A stretch of 64,000 nt of DNA from Asterias rubens (lineage: Eukaryota), in assembly GCF_902459465.1 (NCBI RefSeq), contig NC_047062.1, positions 24,304,001 to 24,368,000 of the forward strand, read 5' to 3'. The notes under the pieces are model-generated. The model was not told the origin of the DNA. It ran no database searches and saw only the letters and a list, made by a program, of their open reading frames with translations. Of the stretch, positions 26,223 to 37,194 are shown one piece after another. The position numbers were made by a program, and so were the translations under genes. Positions within the stretch are counted from its first letter, which is position 1. Each line of letters opens with the position of its first letter.

Positions 26223-28429
26223 ACAAACAATCGCATCGTCATAGAACCTCCCATATTGAGAAGGTATACGGTTCTGCACTTTGCGAGTAGGTCTTCACAT
26301 AATGCCTAAACACAACCTTGTTCTATTTATGTTCATTCAATATGTTTAATTCTATTGAGAGTCCACGAGCTATCAGCGGCCACTCCCAATTCCAAATTAA
26401 TTTCTCTGGAGCTAGCAGTGATCATTCAATCTGGTCGCGCGCCGTACACAACGGCGGGCTTCTGACAATGATAAATGTATATGATGACGATGGTGTGATG
26501 ATAAAGATTATACGATTAGTACAGCTACAGCCAACAGTGTGAACCAAATGGGAAAGAGAAATAAAATACATTGTCTAGCCGTATTTGCTCCTTGGTTTGT
26601 GGCGTGAAATCATACATGACATTGATTGATACAAATCTAGGACTCGTGTCTTGTTTCTAAAGGCGGCTTTACACTCCATCGTCCTGATACCATTCATGCA
26701 AAAGCAGGCGTGAACACGCCGCCGCTTTAATGACCCAGAATGATATTGTTGTCGCTCTAATTTGATGGATCATGCAAGAAAGAAATACCGCGCAACAATA
26801 AAAGTGCAGTTACTCCACAGAGTTATATTCTCTGTCTCTTTCTTGTATACCGGCAAAAATGAACTTACAATTACTGTACTAGTAAACCGTACGACTACTT
26901 TACTAAAAATAATGTGTACTAACAATACATTTGTATTGTTGCCACTGACTAATTATGTTACAGGTCTATAAGACTATATTAATTAGTACTCATATTGATA
27001 CGCACTGCGAGTCGTAGTTTCAACGATTGTGCATCAACGATTGTTAATCATAGGACGACCTTATCGTCAATGTGAAACAAAAGTCAACAAGGTAGAGCTC
27101 TTTTTTAAAGTTTGTTTTTACTGCTAAGGTTTAGACTTTGGCTGAATGACGATGACGATGAGTACCAACAGCGCCCTCCCTCTCACAACAGTGCCTGCAA
27201 AGTGAACCATATCTGGTAACGAAATATTTTACTGGGCTCCTGTCTTAGTTCCCTGATATCAGAGATCCAATGATTCCATTTGATACAATGATATCATTAG
27301 ATACGTGCAGTGACATGGGCTTCCCATGCCCAAACAGTACACTGCTGTCACGACCGCAATGGAATTTGACTGCGTATCTCCATGGAAAATGAATGAAGGT
27401 CAAAGGTGAAAGTGCACTCCAGTCTGGAGGCAGGTCTCTGCACTCTCTGGTGTTATTCACGAGCCTCGAAGTGTGACGTCAGATAACGCTAGTAACGAAT
27501 AAGCAAGGCTGCTAAATTTCTAAGCGAAGCAGTTATCCTCAGTGTCGTCTCGGATATAAAGCTTTACATAAAATATACACCAACATATCTAAAAGACCAC
27601 AACTACTTTTAGTTTTGGAATTGTTTTTCTTCTTCTCATCAATGTCATGGTGTTTTATTTTCGGCAAGCAAATGTGTGCCATTTTCAGTCATGTTTAATT
27701 TTATTAAAGTGTTTTCCCCTCATTTGATAAACACATAGAACTACTGCAAAAACTGTATGGTTTACAAAAACAAATATTAAAAGCATCATTAGTGTCAAAA
27801 TAACACTAATTTCTGCCATCACACACGGTGTTATTTAAACACTACATGGTGCATTTCTTATGCTCTCTTTTGTGACAATGTCCATGGTGTCAAACACGAC
27901 AGTTATAGTGTATCACCTATAATACTAAAAGAGGTACTTTTTAAATCTAGTTTGAAAAAGAGGACTTATAGTGTGTGTGAAATTATCAATCCTGGCGTTT
28001 ACTGCAATTGTAAATTGTAAAAGTTCTACCTCCATGGTTAGTGTTTACAACGCAACTTATTTGAACTGTTTATTTTCCCTTATATAGAGACGTCTTCTAT
28101 GCACAGGTGGGAAATTTTTTTGCGAACAAATTGTATAAATAGTATCCACATTTCCATTTATACGTTTGGGTTTTTCTATGTGAATTAAAATTAAGTTACA
28201 AAGTAAAGAAAACGCATTGTTCGGACACGCGAATTTGCACCATTGCTGTCAATTAATATTGTATGGGGCAAATCTCAAGGTTTTACTCGTATTACAACAG
28301 CCAAGAAGGTCTGTGCGTCTTAATATAGCTTTTAAGTATGAATCTACTTTCTTCCTCCATGATCAACCTTGCAACATAAAATTCCATCCAAGTTCGCTCA
28401 ATCCACCTTAAGCTCACCGAACTGTCCAT

Positions 28430-29480
28430 CATTCAGCATTAGAGAAAAGACTGTCAATCAGCAACGCTTAACACCAAACCTCAAAATCCTTCTTTAAATC
28501 CGGGAGAGACTTGCTAATGAACTTAATGTCCGTAATTGAGCACATTATACAGAGGGGGTAACTGTTCATGGGGCGGACCCATTCGCACCTCGGTAAATCC
28601 CACCCACAATACCAGAACACTGAGCCCTGAATGGTGTGGGTAAATGTTAAGTACGTGGTGAAGCGGGTTGGGTAGTACCCCCCTTTTATCGCACACCTGT
28701 GTAAAGTTTGCCTCAATGGACTTAAGATATAGAAAAGAAGGGCCGAAAGATTAAACAAATAGTTAATTGTGTTATAGACTGATGTGTGTTGATGAACGGG
28801 ACAGAATATACAATCAAAGAACACATACCACACAACGTGGTATACAGGTTTACCGTGGAGTTTTTTTCTTCTAATTCTACCCCTGGCTTCTACATGTATA
28901 CCCATCTGATACAGCACCACGAAAGATCATTGTTTATTCCAACACCGCCATTCGCCATTACGAAGACCACTCTGTTATGTCATTGTTCTATGATCTATGT
29001 TCTTAATAAAGCGAATCGCTTGCCTCGTAAAGACGGAGGGAGAAAAATCAATTATGCCGCTTTATTTTTGACACCTTTTCGACTTCTTAATTGCTGTGTA
29101 TTTACACTTGAAAGGAATTTCCTCTTAAAGCTGTTTGTCAATAGTCTTATGGTTGATAATAGGTGGCTACCGCTCTTGCCACCGAATTACGCGGACCTTA
29201 GCTTCTGTGATCCTCTGGGTGTGTTTTCAGTCGCTGGGGAAAAAGAAAGGGTGGTTTATGTGGTGTGCGATTGCGGGTAACACCAGTGGATGTCACAGTT
29301 TAATTTGATAAAGAGCCTATTGACGAATCGCAATTTGGGTGTTCTATCTGACAAGAGTCCCGTAGGTGACGTGTCAATCATTATACATAGCAAGGAGGCT
29401 TGAAACTTTGATGAAACGGAAGGATTTATTATGTGTTGTCACCTGGGGTTGACCAGTCAGAGTTAAGTTTCAAATGTGTT
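28430..29480. promoter_or_regulatory. Candidate upstream enhancer(s) of NK2.1
   Basis: CTGTCAATCA (28451, perfect TGATTGACAG on minus), TGTCAATCA (29372), TCF-like CTTTGATG (29406), NK2-type CACTTGA (29105), several TAAT cores. Confidence 0.45.
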
Positions 29481-30732
29481 TTAAGAATGATTAGTGCTCT
29501 AAGATATAAGAATATCTCATGTAGCAATCCTCAAACAATAAGAAAGTGGGGCAGAAAGAAAGCCAAGTAGATTTAAAACTGAAAAAAGGAGTTGTGACAT
29601 CAAGCATTAGAGAGTAAATAGTGTTTTCTTGTCATCGTCAAATTGTGGTTTGTTCTAAAAGACATTGTTATCAGTTCACCCGGGCGGCACTTGAGATGTG
29701 ATTAGTATATCTCAAAAATCATTATAATCAAATAATATAGGCCTAAGGCAAATATGTATATTACAAATTCATGCCATAAATGCAAACATTATGTCGATTC
29801 GCCTAACACAATTTGATTAATTTTTACTCGAATGACAATGTTAAGTCAACGGAATGTGTTACAGTTGTATTTTCAAATACACCTCCTAAACCACGAAACT
29901 ATAATTTCATTTATTTTCAAATGTTCTATAAAATAAGTAAAGACAGAAAGAAACCAAGAAACCCATTAATTTAGCGAGGTAATTATGTCCACCGAAATGG
30001 GAAACCTCTCAGTTTCTCCAGCATAACGCCGAGCTAGCTGACCGACCGTCCGTCCGTCACGGCGGCCCGGGGCTCGAGATCGGAAGCCGGGGCAGGCACG
30101 GCTCGAACGGATGGCAAACGCCAGTCATTTCCTGCTGTATGTATACCACACGCCTCGGAGCATCTCCCGGGCGATCTAACGGGGGAGAGACTCGGCCGTG
30201 GTTCGGCCCCGGCGGACACTACCATCATCACTACAACGAGTCGCATGAGAAACACCAACAATACGACTTCTAAGACTCACGGGGGCCAAACCCTGCAGGT
30301 TCTGATCATCCTGAGAAAGAAAAACGTAAGACTGAAATTCCACCCGAAATCTGACCCAGGCAACTCGTATGGCATTTTTTATTAATTTTTCTTGCGTGCA
30401 GTCAGAGATGAAATTAGAAAATAAAAGTGTATAAAATTACCGCATTGATGGTGGCGCGCATACACCCTAGCGGGTCGTTTGCCTTTTATGATTTTATGAA
30501 AACAACTCCTCGGGTCATGTCCTGTTCCGATGAAATCAGTGGCAAGTACCCGGTAGAATTGTAAGGTCCAGACAATCTCCGGATTGAGAACAGGAACCAA
30601 CGCCATGCATAACTGACCAGGGGGACATCATTAGTGACTACATTGTGTGAGCATAGTGCTCGGGTCCACGTGCTCTTCTATACAATTCAGGCCATCATTT
30701 CAGGCACAATCTTCCTGTTTTCCAATGCTGAA

Positions 30733-30883
30733 TAGAAACCCATCTCGAACAGGGGAGTAGAGACCCATCTCGAACCGGGGGGGGGGGGGGGTGTAGAGAC
30801 TCCTCTCGAACCAGGGGGAGCAGAGACCCATCATGAACCGGGGGGGGGGGGGGGGGGGTTAGAGACCCATCTCGAACCGGGGC
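30733..30883. repeat. Minisatellite, 5 units of AGAGACCCATCTCGAACC + variable poly-G
   Basis: Directly visible; G-runs range from 4 to about 20 nt. Confidence 0.9.
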
Positions 30884-31017
30884 AGCCCGTGCGACTCCCC
30901 AAGTTCCTACAACCAGTATCTTTCACCCGGATCATCTATAACGCGATTCTTAAAACAATTATAGGACTATATAACATTGATGCGTTTATAGATTGGATAC
31001 TATATTATTCAATGATT

Positions 31018-31310
31018 TTTGGGTTTAACAAAGAATTGATTAGAGTGGGATTGGAACCAACGACCTCCGGATTAACGTGCCGGCGCTCTACCAACTGAGC
31101 TATCTAGCCCTATATTTGCGGTGTCCCTATTTTGTCACTATGTTTGTTCGGGGGTGCCAGTCAGAAGCCATACAACCGTTAACTGCCGTGTAGCCAGGGA
31201 TCACACCCAAATTACGATACAACCTGGGAAGCGGCAGCTAGGGATCACCTTAAGGGGATGCGACTTTTTGTTTCAGATATCAATATAAACCACAAGGGAG
31301 ACTGACTGGG
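31018..31310 (-). mobile_element. Repeat with 5' leader and 3' tRNA(Asn, GTT)-like module (tRNA-like part 31038-31110)
   Basis: Minus strand reads GGGCTAGATAGCTCAGTTGGTAGAGCGCCGGCACGTTAATCCGGAGGTCGTTGGTTCCAATCCCACTCTAATCA, with A- and B-boxes, non-canonical anticodon arm and unpaired acceptor stem. Second copy at 11.2-11.35 kb. Confidence 0.7.
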
Positions 31311-33569
31311 TAAATTTGTAAATGATTTTGGGGTTGACTATATTATTCATTCAAACTTTTTATTGCTGTGCGTACTGGTGGATGCTTTTATTATGTACCA
31401 TCACCTGCACTTTACTAAAGACCAATACCAATAAAATGGTCCTGCATATAGCAATCTGAGATGTTGATGAATATTAGATGTATAGGCTAATAAACATATA
31501 ATGCAATTTACACATTGGTGATGATTAAAGGTAACGGCAACTAACAGTCTAAATTATGTAATAGATATATTTTACATAACAAAAACAATTAAACAAAGAA
31601 AATACAAAAACAACCTTGGTCTTCCCATCATTCCAGTATGCAAATTTTAATTGTATAATTAACTTAAAATAAAAGAGCAAATGGAAAGAGAAGGACAACC
31701 TTAAAATAATCATCCTACTTTTGTTCTTTCTCGCTAAAGATTTTGTAAGAAACTGATTTAACATGTTCTTGTTCAATGAGATGTAACAATTGAGATGTTG
31801 ATTTCTGTAATTGTTGATTCATCCGCTATTGGTCTCGACAATAAAATAAATAAAGCCTGTGAGACCTTGTAAACATGCGGGCATAATGGGGGCATATATA
31901 CCTCGGTAACCTTGAGCTAGAAAGTAAAAGTCTTTATAACTTCGTTTATTTTATAAATCATTTGGTGGACAAATCATGGGAATGAACTAACATAGAGACC
32001 GGAACACACTATTTTTTATTATACCGAAGCTCATCAAATAAAAGTATATTAGGCTTAGCCTTAATACTTACAAGTGAGACGGTCATGTTCTATTAAACAT
32101 GAAAAAGCCCTTGGTGGATATTTATCATCTAAAACTAACAGGTTCGGAAGTAGGCCCTGTATAACTATGTTTACTTCAGAACAATTGCAATGATAATGTG
32201 TTCGTGTTTCACTCTGGATGGCAATTTTGCTTCGTTTAGGACAATTCAATTTATCACTGTTATAGGTAAAAAGAGTCCCTCACGTGGAAGGGCAAAAGCA
32301 GGCATATAAGTTGACGTTGAGTACAAGGGCTTGCCCACATGTATACTAAGTATAGGATTTTATAGATATTTTCCAGCATATAAAATAAAACTTTAAAAGA
32401 CATTTTTGAGGGGAACAAGTTCGGAAATCAGATAACAGTAAGAAGAACATCATGCCTGGGCAAGAGTGAATTTGTAGATTCTTAATAGTTATGAAATACG
32501 TTGGCAGGTATGATATGTGGTCCCTGGAAACAGTTGGCAAATTTTAATGAGCACATAAAGGGCTGACCTAAACAATGTAAACATGGTGTAGACTTTTGTC
32601 AGGCTGGTCAATTGCACTTTTTTTTGCCAAGGAAAAACAAAATTGGAAATAAGTAAAATGAATATTATGTCTGGTTACACAATTTGAATAGTTTCATGCA
32701 ACCGCATCAGTCTCAGAACATTGTGTTTGATACACAACACAAACTAAGTTTTAGTGGTTTCATATCAATCACTGTATGACTCTATGTTCCTTAAAATAAC
32801 ACAATAACAACTATTCGTAATCTCTCTCTTTGGGGAAGGTTTCCATTAAATTACTTGAAGGGCAAAAACCTCTAGTTGGATCGTAAAACACACCTTGGCC
32901 AGCAATGGCGAAAGGCGATAGTGATGTCCTTTAGAAGGAAAAAAAATATCACCACATCGTATCAAATGTTAACCGCAGTAAAAGATATAGGGGGAAAATC
33001 CATCTACTTTTTGCGTTGAAGAGAAGTATTTTCCCGCGTGAAGTGGCCAAGTGCAAATATTAAAATATTCAAGTGTGGGTAACACTATCTCGCGCATTTA
33101 AAGCGTGATTAGATTTCTGCACATAGTGCGCCATCGTCGGCTCGCAAGACTACTTTATTTACCCGTCACTTTGATCGCTTGTATTCTTCAGAGTGTGGGG
33201 AAAGAACCATCCTACGATGTGTGGAGAGGAACCGCTCTGCTCTTATTGCAAAACTACTTCGCTGTGACGATATAGTTTAAGTGAACACTCCATGGCTAAG
33301 CACCCTAACATCACACAAAATATATACACTGTGCTGTGTGTAAGTATACCTGAGTATGCAGCCTATATTGTATTACGACTGTTAGTGGTACCATATATAG
33401 CTTCACGGTTGACCAATACACTTTTCTTTTACAGGGACACACCGGCACAATTGGGCTATTTGGGCTACAAAATAGACTAAGATATGACTTCAACGGTCTT
33501 GCAGGAATGAAAAAGGACAGTCCTTAAAACAAATCATCAAATTTAGCCTATTTTGAGCATTTTAAGACA

Positions 33570-34010
33570 AAAACGCAGGTCGCGTGATTGTTCTAACCAA
33601 AAAGTGGTACAAACAATCACGTGACCTTCCGAGCTAGTTTTACTTCCAGCCGTCTAAAAGTAACTTACCAAACCAAATTTAAATATTTTGTTTACAAAAT
33701 TATTAACGAATAATTGACGAAAAAGATCATGTATTCAAATTATCGCTACAAAATGTAAATACATGTAATGGTGAAAAATCTAACGTAAGATTCGCATTCA
33801 AAGAGTCCGTGTAACGGAAGCTTGTTATATGGCCCCACGACGTGGAGCAATCAGAACGTAAGCCTCGGGGCTTACACCGTACCGCACATGCCGTGTCTCG
33901 TGGGGGGCTGGAGGTGTAATCCCAGGCGCTATGAACTCCAAGCGTGCGGGTCTCGCCGTTAGCTTGGAAGGGGTTGGGGGCCAAACATCAAAGTACATGT
34001 TTGTCATCGT
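33570..34010. promoter_or_regulatory. Candidate proximal enhancer of NK2.1
   Basis: Inverted pair GGTCGCGTGATTGTT/AACAATCACGTGACC (33578-33626), Otx-type TAATCC (~33915), TCF consensus ACATCAAAG (33985), GC-rich. Confidence 0.4.
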
Positions 34011-34694
34011 GGGTTTGTCAGTCGGTACACCTCCGTTATTTCTTATGATCGCATAATGCTCTGTTTTGTTTCATGGCTCCTAGTTTCTTTTTGTTAGTTT
34101 TCCGGTAATTAAAAAAGATTGATTATGTCTAAACTTAGGAATACCGCATTGTGTTACATTGACAGTGTTATTGTGTGAGTAGCTCAAAAATGTTTTACAA
34201 AGAAGAAAAAAGGATAACAAAAAACGGACAGAGGAATAAGAATTTTGTAAAAGGTTGAAACAAAAATAATGATAAAAAAAAAATTCATCATAGCATTATT
34301 TTGTCAAAAAAAATTGAATTTTTGAATTGGTTCTGTTCCAAGCTACGCAGATACTCAGCTACGCTTACGTTCCTTCAAGTTACGCTATAATATCAACAGG
34401 TATGATGATTTTTTTTTTACAGCAACCATCTATAAAAACATTATTTATGATTCTACACCCCTAAATTGCGTAAACGGTGAGCCGGTGTGTCCCTTTAACT
34501 TTAGAGTCGCTGCTGAGTGTGAACGGGACTAATTAAGAGACAAAACAGTCGCGGAATTTTTTTCGGGTAGAGAGTAAGAGGTAGAAATGAGATTCCAATA
34601 TCAAGTATGAGGTACCATCATTATTTGTTTGACGTATCGGGTAGTGAAGGAGATCCTAAACAGGGGTGTTCAGTTGAACCAACGGATGGCCACA

Positions 34695-34830
34695 CGTTCC
34701 GTAAATCAATGACGATGTCAATCATGTCATCACATGTAGAGCACCAATGGCGTCCCGCGTGACATGTCACCGTCATCTTATTTAAATGCGTGTATTTATA
34801 ATAGAGCGGTCACGCCCACTTAGCCACCGC
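34695..34830 (+). promoter_or_regulatory. NK2.1 proximal/core promoter
   Basis: GTAAATCA (Pbx-Hox type, 34701), TGTCAATCA (34716), CCAAT (34744), palindrome GTGACATGTCAC (34759), TATA-like TATTTAAA (34779) and TATTTATA (34793), about 390 bp upstream of the ATG. Confidence 0.55.
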
Positions 34831-35184
34831 ATCAACGGGGCAATGCAGTAAAGCCGAGTATATCGCCCGCAGCGTTACAGCGCCACCCAACCAGACCCTG
34901 CAGCTAACTGATGGTGATAGTAAACAGCCCGTTCAAGTATGCAGTGTGGTAGTTCTTGACGTGGGCCGGTCCATCCATCCATCCACAATACGTGAGTGAG
35001 TACTGAGCACGGGGGGAATTCACCCACCGTCATCACACACACACACGTATCGTGCAAGGAGACTCAAGCAAGATAAAAACCAGCGCTGATCCACTCTAAG
35101 CTAATCTACTAACCAGGGACACACCGGGAGTGAGTGGTCGAGTTTCGTCGATCCCGTTCGCTGCCCGCTCCGCGCCGGCAAGTC

Positions 35185-35527
35185 ATGTCATTGAGCCCCA
35201 AGACACATTCGACTCCATTCTCGGTCACAGACATCCTGAGTCCGCTAGAGGAATTTGGCTACAGGAAATCCATGCTGGATCCAAGTGGGAACTTCATGAC
35301 CACCATGCAGCCCACCTACCGTAGCCCGCAACACTCACAGAACATGCAGTCGTCTATGAACGTACCCGTGAGCAACCCGTACCACATGCACGTCCCTCAG
35401 CTTTCCCATCCGCCTCTCGGGACCACGTACTGCAACGGGTCCGTCGGAGAACTCTCCCACTACAACGAGCATGTTCGGCAATCGGCTTCGAGCTGGTACG
35501 GCGCTAACCCGGACCCAAGATTTTCAA
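35185..35527 (+). CDS. nkx2.1: NK2.1 (Nkx2.1/TTF-1) homeobox gene, coding exon 1
   Basis: MSLSPK...TPFSVTDILSP is the TN/eh1 motif; WYGANPDPRF matches vertebrate NKX2-1; donor TCA A|GTAAGT, phase 1; in-frame TGA upstream at 35131. Confidence 0.96.
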
Positions 35528-36415
35528 GTAAGTAAAACACACAACCACTTAAAAGACACATAAAACACGTCTGTAATTGTACAATCGCAACCCTTTACCG
35601 CTCGATGTTGGTTCAACAGATAAATGTAAACTAGATAGCTTTGTAGACGCATTCCCATCTTCACCCCAAACGTCACTTCAAAGTGACCCAACCCCCTGAC
35701 TGGATGACATCTCTCATAAGATTCCTCCAGGGGCTAAGCAAGAGCACCCCTCCAATCCAGATACTTGGGGGAGAACATTAAACCCAAGCCTCTTTTGCCA
35801 TCTTCAAAATGGTGCTTGTTCCTTCTCTAGTGTGGTTACGAGGAGAGTATGAGAGGAGTTGAGATTGCCAGATGAGTGGAACACTATCACTTGTCTTTGG
35901 TCCTTTTAACAAACCCCTCGCTGATGTTATGGTATTAGCCTCTCAGTGCCCTATAGCGAGCTAGGAGGGTTTTCCCAACTGCTAGATTCAATCCAAATTG
36001 TTTGATGTACCATGAAAATGTTTCTGTAATGTTTATGTTTAGATGCCAAACCATACCCGAGTTGTTTCTTATATTGCATTTATCTAATACTTCATCTCAT
36101 GCCATTTTATGTTAGATGCAGCGTCTGTCAAACACTTTAAATTTCTCAGACCAATGAGTTAATACTTTATTTATTTGTCTTGGCAACTTCATGTCTGAAT
36201 TATTTATCCAAAATAGATTAAAAGTTTTCTAAATTGTTATTTGAACATTATGTTCCGAACACTATTTAAATTCATTGCCATTATTGACATTAACGAAATC
36301 AAATGGTTACCGAACTTTCTTCGTGTACTGTCAACACTTTAATAATCTAACTGTTAAATTAAAATAGCCAATTAAACCGGTTCTTTTCTGTTCTGTTCTT
36401 TTTTTTTTAAAACAG

Positions 36416-37194
36416 TCTCTCGCTTGATGAATCCAGCCTCTCCAATGAATATGAACATGAACATGAACATGAATATGAATATGAATATGAACATGAGTAT
36501 GCCGGGCCTCGGTGGCGATCTATCCAAGCCAATGTTGCCATCTGCTCAGCGTCGTAAGCGACGGGTGCTCTTCTCTCAAGCCCAAGTCTACGAACTAGAG
36601 CGTCGCTTCAAACAACAAAAGTACCTCTCAGCCCCAGAGCGGGAGCACCTAGCTAGCCTCATTAATCTCACACCAACCCAGGTCAAGATCTGGTTCCAGA
36701 ACCATAGGTACAAGATGAAGAGACAGACCAAGGAGAAGAACATGGCAGACAACAATAGTGTTTGTCATCAGTCACCAAGACGTGTAGCTGTCCCCGTTCT
36801 GGTCAAAGACGGGAAGCCGTGTAACGGCTCGTCCAACGGCAGCAGCAGCGGTGGTTCGGCACAGGACAGTGCGAGTCCTCAACTCGGAGATGATGCCCAC
36901 AGCACGGGTAGCGACCACGGTAACACCATGCCGAGTGCCCATCACGTACCGTCACATCAAATCTCATCGACCGTACAACAACAGGCTCACCTGACTCCGT
37001 CAGTTCATAAGCAAGTACCGGTGAATTCCACGTCGTCTTGCAGCGGACATGGTGTCAGCGCTAACACGGGGCAGGGGGTAACTTCATCCCATTCCCCGCA
37101 CCATCAACCCGTAGCAATGAACCCTTACCATTCAATGAATGGTACCAACATGTCCTCAGCCGCACCGTTCCTTTTGCACGGCAGAACATGGTGA
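36416..37194 (+). CDS. nkx2.1: NK2.1 homeobox gene, coding exon 2 (homeodomain 36550-36729, NK2-SD, C-terminal GRTW)
   Basis: Acceptor ttttttttaaaacag|TC restores ...PRFS-I-SRLM; homeodomain [59 protein letters not shown] with NK2-diagnostic Tyr54; [17 protein letters not shown]; ends LLHGRTW*. Spliced CDS is 1122 nt, 373 aa. Confidence 0.98.
36445..36492 (+). repeat. Coding hexanucleotide microsatellite (ATGAAY)8 encoding (Met-Asn)8
   Basis: Directly visible in exon 2, about 20 codons N-terminal to the homeodomain. Confidence 0.95.

Noticed and set aside
26036-26279. Poly-Leu and poly-Val ORFs resembling membrane proteins
   Set aside because: They are translations of the (AAC)n microsatellite.
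28468-29280. 150-aa minus and 164-aa plus ORFs
   Set aside because: Non-protein-like composition, overlapping on opposite strands, in a region rich in TF motifs; better explained as enhancer DNA.
31038-31110. Functional tRNA-Asn gene
   Set aside because: Acceptor stem does not pair, C at position 33 and a mismatched anticodon stem, and it is embedded in a dispersed repeat; treated as tRNA-derived.
35134-35184. N-terminal extension of NK2.1 from GTG 35134
   Set aside because: Non-ATG start chosen by the ORF finder; the conserved protein begins at ATG 35185 (MSLSPK).
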